A stretch of DNA of 64,000 nt, taken from Selaginella moellendorffii. Its lineage: Eukaryota > Plantae > Lycopodiophyta. Where the stretch lies: assembly GCF_000143415.4 (NCBI RefSeq), contig NW_003314266.1, forward strand, positions 890,463 through 954,462, given 5' to 3'. A program made the translations under genes and the position numbers. This document shows positions 59,250 through 64,000 of this stretch, in pieces (the stretch's first letter is position 1; the number at the start of each line of letters is the position of its first letter). Under the pieces are notes generated by a model. The model saw nothing but the letters and a program-made list of their open reading frames with translations, did not search any database and was not told the DNA's origin.

Positions 59250-60605
59250 CTATCTGTTTCTATTTTTCTCTCAAATCAATATTATAGCGTGTGGGCTCAT
59301 GCAATTTTGAACCAAAGAAACCCAAAAAACGTTGGACCCAAAATATTTTGAAAAAACCCAAAAAACCCTAAACATTTTAAACCCAAAAATCCAGGCGTCA
59401 TGTGGCGTTATTCCTTGAATGGCGTGTGGGCGCATGCCATTTTTAGGGCCAAATGCTGAATGGAGAAAAATTCCCTTTCAGTGCAAATGCTGCAAGAGGC
59501 AGATGCCGAGCACAAAGGACTGTAACTACCTCACATGACACAGATAAACTTTTCTCTATTTGGCAAAGATAAACTTTATAGCGTGTGGGCTCATGCAATT
59601 TTGAACCCAAAAAATGCACCAAAAAATTCTCGGCGTCATCTGGCGTTATCTCTTGAATGGCGTGGGGCCGCATGTCATTTTCAAGGGCACATAGGAGTAT
59701 ATTCCTAGGATATTCTGACACGCGCGAGATTTTTTTGAGTTTTCTGGAGATCCAACCGTTAGATCGCAACTAGATTTTACAGAATGGTATACAATATCTT
59801 TCTTGATGACCCTGCAAAGAAGCATCTCGATCGGACACCACATGAGACCACACGAGCCTTACAATGTTTCAGGGGCATTTGCCATAGATCCAACCGTTAT
59901 TTTGCTCCAAGATTTTACAGTTTGGTGTGCATTGACCTTTCCATCGACACTGCAAAGGGACATCACAATCAGATGCGAGATCACAAGAAACTAACTTCAC
60001 TAACTCTGGTTTCACCAAGATCTACGTAAGGAGTTATGAAATGAAAGGACCCTCTCTATTGAAATGTGTTTATGGTCCTAGGGGCATTGTGACATATCAA
60101 AGGATTTTGCATCAAGTTTTGTATTTGCATGTTTATCAAGCTACTGAATTGCTAAACCCTAAACCCTAAACATGTGGCAAATGCTGCGTGAAGAAAGATG
60201 CCCTTTCTGGGCAAATGCTGTAAGAGGCAGATGCCGAGCAGATGTATCTCAGGCTAGCGAAGGGGACAAACAAAAGCTAGCTATAAACATGACAGAATGC
60301 AAATAGATTACTAGGCTGGTCCTGCGAAAATCAAAAACCATAATTGAAAACATTGAAAATGCAAAAAGAAAGGTTTATAATATTTTTGAATTTTAAGCAA
60401 CCAAAGGAATGTAAGTAGGGCATGTGTTTGTAAGTTTAAAAATGCCTCAACCACTTAAATTCCCAAGTAAATAAAGCTGTTTCTATTTTTGGTACAGGTA
60501 AACTTTATAGCGTGTGGGCTCATGCAATTTTGAACCCAAAAATGCACCAAAAAATGCTCGACTAGCATTATTCTTTGAATGGCGTGTGGCCTTATATTGC
60601 CATAA
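59250..60605. repeat. Three diverged direct repeats (about 120-190 bp), each carrying a pair of palindromes
   Basis: ttctattt..ttatagcgtgtgggctcatgcaattttgaacc at about 59257, 59552 and 60481, each followed by ttgaatggcgtg. Confidence 0.85.
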
Positions 60606-60959
60606 ATGGACGTACACACAGAGCATAATTATTCCTTTACACGGCGAATAATCTTGGCGCGGATCGCTGACATGGCATGGCAAAGTTCAAATCACTGACA
60701 TGGCACAGCTGGATCGAGGCAAGGACATGATGTGACAAAGTTCAACCTCCGACAGCAAAGTCTAGAAGCTACTCAGTTTGAAATTTGTCAGAGGAGTCAT
60801 AAGATCTGGTTTGTCAGAGGATTTGATGTGACATTCAAGCGTGTGTTATTTTTGAATTCTCGAACTCATTCCTAGGTCTATCATTTTTGTGCGCCGTGTT
60901 CTTGGTTCCGCTGAGCGCAGTGAGCACTGCTTGTGTAAGCGGCGTTGTGGGCTGTGGTT

Positions 60960-61100
60960 TATGCGTCTACGAGCGGTTGCGGCATTGCGAGCGCCATTGC
61001 GAGCGGTAGTTTATGCGAGTGGCAGTTTGTGCGAGCGGCGCTACGAGCAGTTGCGGTGTTGCGAGCGGCGCTACGAGTAGTTGCGGTGTTGCGAGCAGCA
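60960..61100. repeat. CpG-rich 30-bp minisatellite upstream of the transposase
   Basis: gcgagcggcgctacgag(c/t)agttgcggtgtt repeated. Confidence 0.8.
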
Positions 61101-61465
61101 CTGTCTTTGGTGTGGCTACCGCTTCCTCTTGATATTCGGCACTTGTGCTTCCTGGTATGTTCACCATGGAATGGCTTAGGACCACATTTAGAAATGGCAT
61201 GAGGCCACATGCCATCTTGGGCCCTTGCAATTTCATGGCTAGCATATTGTCATGTATGTTTTTACTTGCCTGCAGCTGTGTGTATATCAAGATGGCATGA
61301 GGCCTCATGCCAATTTTGTGAATGCAAAATTTCACGTGGGTGTCAATAGCATGTTTGAATAATGGCATGTGGCCTCATGCTATTGAGGTTGTTTGGTATG
61401 TTATGATTTAAGCCATTCTCCAATCATTTTTTGTATGGTCTTAACTTCTTTTCTGCACTTTCAGA

Positions 61466-64000
61466 ATGGCCTTCAGGGTTGGGGAAAAGGTTTACATTTT
61501 GAATGGTGGGAAGAGAGTTGCAAAAGGGACCCTTGTGTCTATGGATCGGAACTTTGTTATACACTGTCAAAGGCTTGGGGAAGGCAATGTTGCTGTATCA
61601 ATAGAGACTGTCTTCGATGGGAATGTGGTCGCTATTGAACGAGGAGAGATGGTCGTCGGGGTAAATGTTGTTGTTGCCTTGAAAAATCTTCAGAAGAAAG
61701 CAGATGTTGGGGACAGCACAAGTGCGACGCATGTTCCCTCCGTGGATCTTAAGAACCGTGCTACATGGATTCAGGCGAAGGTGTTTCTAAACAACCCCGA
61801 GGGGGAGGTGGTAGCTGAGGGCTTAGCCACAGTTGTCGATCCAAAAGATGCGGTTGCTAATCAAGAATTGGGCTGGGATGATATTGGAGTTGCGATTTTA
61901 GAGGTTGTTGACACAGAAGAAAACAGTTTGACTATTGGAAGCATTGTGCGGTGGAAATTGAGGCACTTAGTGTTTGAGAATGTGAAGGATTCACAATCAA
62001 ACACCACTACAACTGATGACAGAACATCTCTTCATGGGAAAAGAAAGTACACCTTCCTAAAGCGCAGCCAAAGGGATCTGAGCAACGAACCGAAAAGGCA
62101 GAAAATGGCGATGGAGGTTCGAATGGTCTCGACAGTTGCTTGTTGCAAGAGGAGGTGCTGTCAACATGCTGATTGGGATGCTATTGAAGAGGAGAGAGCA
62201 AGATACAAGACATTGTCCTGGAAGGCAGCTCGCAATTTTGTGTATGAGGCATTACGGTCATCTGTTGATGCTTCAGAACATCAGGTGGGGGGCATGGTCT
62301 TCCAGAGGGGTTTGGTCTGCATGAAGGCATGGAGAATCATTTATGGAGTCCCTCGAACCACATTCTACAGAATCAAAACTGAGTTCGAAGAACAAAGGGT
62401 TCAACAGGCAGTCCATGGGAACGACAGTACGCACAAAACCAGGGGTCATGTTGTATATGGAGAGGCAATCTTCAAGAGGTTTGTCGAGACATGTAGCGAG
62501 CAGCAACCACATAAAACCCGCCTCTTGGAAGATGGAACACGAGACACCCAACGAGTTCTCCCTTCCATGTATACCAAGGGGGCCATATTGGAAGATGTGA
62601 ATCGGGAACTCCAGAGTAATGGCTACCGGAAGCTGAGCCAATCTAGATTTAGTAGATTGTGGAGCAACAAGTTCAGGGATGTGAGTATAGGAAAGTACTC
62701 CAGCTTTTCAAAGTGTGACAAGTGCACTGCTATCAAAATGGCTTTGTCGAAGAATTCTTGCAGCGCTCAAGAGCGAGAGACGTTGGTTAGAAGGCGGCTC
62801 GACCACAACATCGAGCAGAGAAGCTGCAGGACTGCATATTATCATAACAGGATTCTCTCCATGGAGAGACCTGACTCTTACCTCTGCATCATCCACGACA
62901 AAATGGACCAGAAAAAGACGTGCTTACCTCGACTCAATCCTGCCCCCAAGGCAATCTCTTCATCCATGCAGCTGCCTGTGTCTATGTTTGGCATAATCAC
63001 TCATGGGCATAGTGCCCAGAACTATGGGAACTTCTTTGTACCTCTATGGGGTGGTGGGGGTGCAAACATGATGATTGCGTCCCTAGCAAAACATTTAAGG
63101 TCTCTGCAAAGTGCGCAGACTGAGCTGAACGGCCAACCCTTGCATAAGGCCCTTGTCGATCGAACCCCATACAGGGTTCAGCTGGAGGAGGAGCAAAGGC
63201 TTGCAGTATCGCGTGGGGCCCCATGCCATCCCAGTGAATATGTTGGCCGTCAGATTGTAGGGTTATCACGTGAGGCCTCATGCCATTCCGATGAGGTTGG
63301 TCGCTCAGTGAATGCACAGCCTCATCCAAACGAAGCAGAATCTCAAGGAAGTTCTTGCGGCCGATGTGGCCTTCCACCCCATCTTCTGCTCCAAACAGAC
63401 AATGCTGGCAGTGAGAACAAAAACATGTACGTCTTCGCGTACTTGGCGATGCTTGTTGCCAAAGGCATATTTGAAACGGTTACACTTGGCTTTCTCATGG
63501 TTGGGCACACTCATGAAGACATCGATGCCATGTTCAGTCACCTGGCAGAGTCCCTCTGGCGATCCAATGTCCTCACCCTCCCACAACTCTACGATGAATT
63601 CCAAAATTGCATCAAAGGCACTGTTGAAGCTGCACTTCTGACAGAGGTTCCAGACTTTAAGGGGTTTGTAAGAGGCTACATCAGGGACGGATCCGAAACG
63701 CTGATTGGCCACTCCAAGCCTCTTCAGTTTCATTTCAGCATGTGTGACGGTGCTCCAGTGATGAGGTACAAGATGAGAGAATGGGACACAGTGTGGCTGC
63801 CAGTGGACGGCATTGAACTCTTCAAGAGAGATCCCATAACTGGGGAACCTATGATTCCTCAGGGTTCCCCACGGCCGATGCACCCGGATGGACTCAAAGA
63901 CCAGAAAAGTATAGTGGCCGGGATTAGACAGCATATTGCCTTCTGGAAGAGGGGGTTGGTGTTTGGTGGAGAATCCTATTTTCAGAGGTGCAAGCCTTTG
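61466..64000 (+). CDS. DUF7869/Sola1-like DDD transposase with two N-terminal Tnp1/En/Spm-like domains (845 codons, 3'-incomplete)
   Basis: Uninterrupted frame from ATG 61466 (after a ttttctgcactttcag acceptor) to the window end. Motifs: CCKRRCC, VCMKAWRIIYGV, FSKCDKC, IIHDKMDQ, LLLQTDNAGSENKN, FLMVGHTHEDIDAMFS. Confidence 0.9.
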   Translation, partial: MAFRVGEKVYILNGGKRVAKGTLVSMDRNFVIHCQRLGEGNVAVSIETVFDGNVVAIERGEMVVGVNVVVALKNLQKKADVGDSTSATHVPSVDLKNRATWIQAKVFLNNPEGEVVAEGLATVVDPKDAVANQELGWDDIGVAILEVVDTEENSLTIGSIVRWKLRHLVFENVKDSQSNTTTTDDRTSLHGKRKYTFLKRSQRDLSNEPKRQKMAMEVRMVSTVACCKRRCCQHADWDAIEEERARYKTLSWKAARNFVYEALRSSVDASEHQVGGMVFQRGLVCMKAWRIIYGVPRTTFYRIKTEFEEQRVQQAVHGNDSTHKTRGHVVYGEAIFKRFVETCSEQQPHKTRLLEDGTRDTQRVLPSMYTKGAILEDVNRELQSNGYRKLSQSRFSRLWSNKFRDVSIGKYSSFSKCDKCTAIKMALSKNSCSAQERETLVRRRLDHNIEQRSCRTAYYHNRILSMERPDSYLCIIHDKMDQKKTCLPRLNPAPKAISSSMQLPVSMFGIITHGHSAQNYGNFFVPLWGGGGANMMIASLAKHLRSLQSAQTELNGQPLHKALVDRTPYRVQLEEEQRLAVSRGAPCHPSEYVGRQIVGLSREASCHSDEVGRSVNAQPHPNEAESQGSSCGRCGLPPHLLLQTDNAGSENKNMYVFAYLAMLVAKGIFETVTLGFLMVGHTHEDIDAMFSHLAESLWRSNVLTLPQLYDEFQNCIKGTVEAALLTEVPDFKGFVRGYIRDGSETLIGHSKPLQFHFSMCDGAPVMRYKMREWDTVWLPVDGIELFKRDPITGEPMIPQGSPRPMHPDGLKDQKSIVAGIRQHIAFWKRGLVFGGESYFQRCKPL

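Larger units (their letters stand above)
52606..63286. repeat. About 22 dispersed copies of a 22-bp palindrome ATGGCRTGWGGCCWCAYGCCAT
   Basis: Copies start at about 52606, 52898, 53975, 54050, 55265, 55456, 55597, 57069, 58345, 58405, 58482, 59284, 59419, 59578, 59657, 60507, 60579, 61194, 61292, 61362, 63208 and 63265. Confidence 0.92.
52510..64000. mobile_element. Large (>11 kb) DUF7869/Sola1-like DNA transposon with a cargo gene; right end outside the window, left end approximate
   Basis: Divergent transposase and cargo gene linked by one element-specific palindrome (52606-63286); sequence to the left switches to an older transposase relic at about 52508. No TIR/TSD could be verified. Confidence 0.75.

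Noticed and set aside
52606-63286. Palindromic repeats as a CRISPR array or MITE family
   Set aside because: Spacing is irregular (tens to thousands of bp), copies lie in exons and introns, there are no cas genes, and there are no TSDs around copies.

Overview
Gene-dense land-plant nuclear DNA with very short (about 45-75 nt) introns, telo-boxes and tandem P-class PPR genes. The architecture fits a lycophyte such as Selaginella, but that is inferred, not proven. Host genes: VPS26, a small secreted Cys-rich protein, a helicase-less RH33/RH48-like N-terminal protein, a SirB1/transglutaminase-like protein, a SANT-bromodomain protein, a GT1 glycosyltransferase, RPN6, eIF1A, mL40, TCAIM, TIN1, a WD40 protein, four PPR genes, an F-box fragment and an AT-rich bulb-lectin chimera. 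There is also an intronless fungal-type restriction-endonuclease-fold gene. Retroelements: two cases of an LTR nested in a same-family LTR in opposite orientation, and a decayed Ty3/gypsy element carrying a TRIM. The main result lies after the N gap (about 52.5 kb to the window end): a DNA transposon of more than 11 kb. It has an uninterrupted DUF7869/Sola1-like DDD transposase (61466 to the end; absent from the ORF track because no stop is reached). It also has a divergent multi-exon cargo gene of about 1,600 aa that fuses a ParB/Srx-like domain, a degenerate beta-class DNA-methyltransferase fold and an FCP1/NIF HAD domain. About 22 copies of a 22-bp palindrome (ATGGCRTGWGGCCWCAYGCCAT) are spread through the element's introns, exons and intergenic DNA and were not seen elsewhere in the window. 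This is a candidate ParB/parS-like self-marking (anti-silencing or partition-like) system. All family assignments are by eye from remembered motifs, without database searches.
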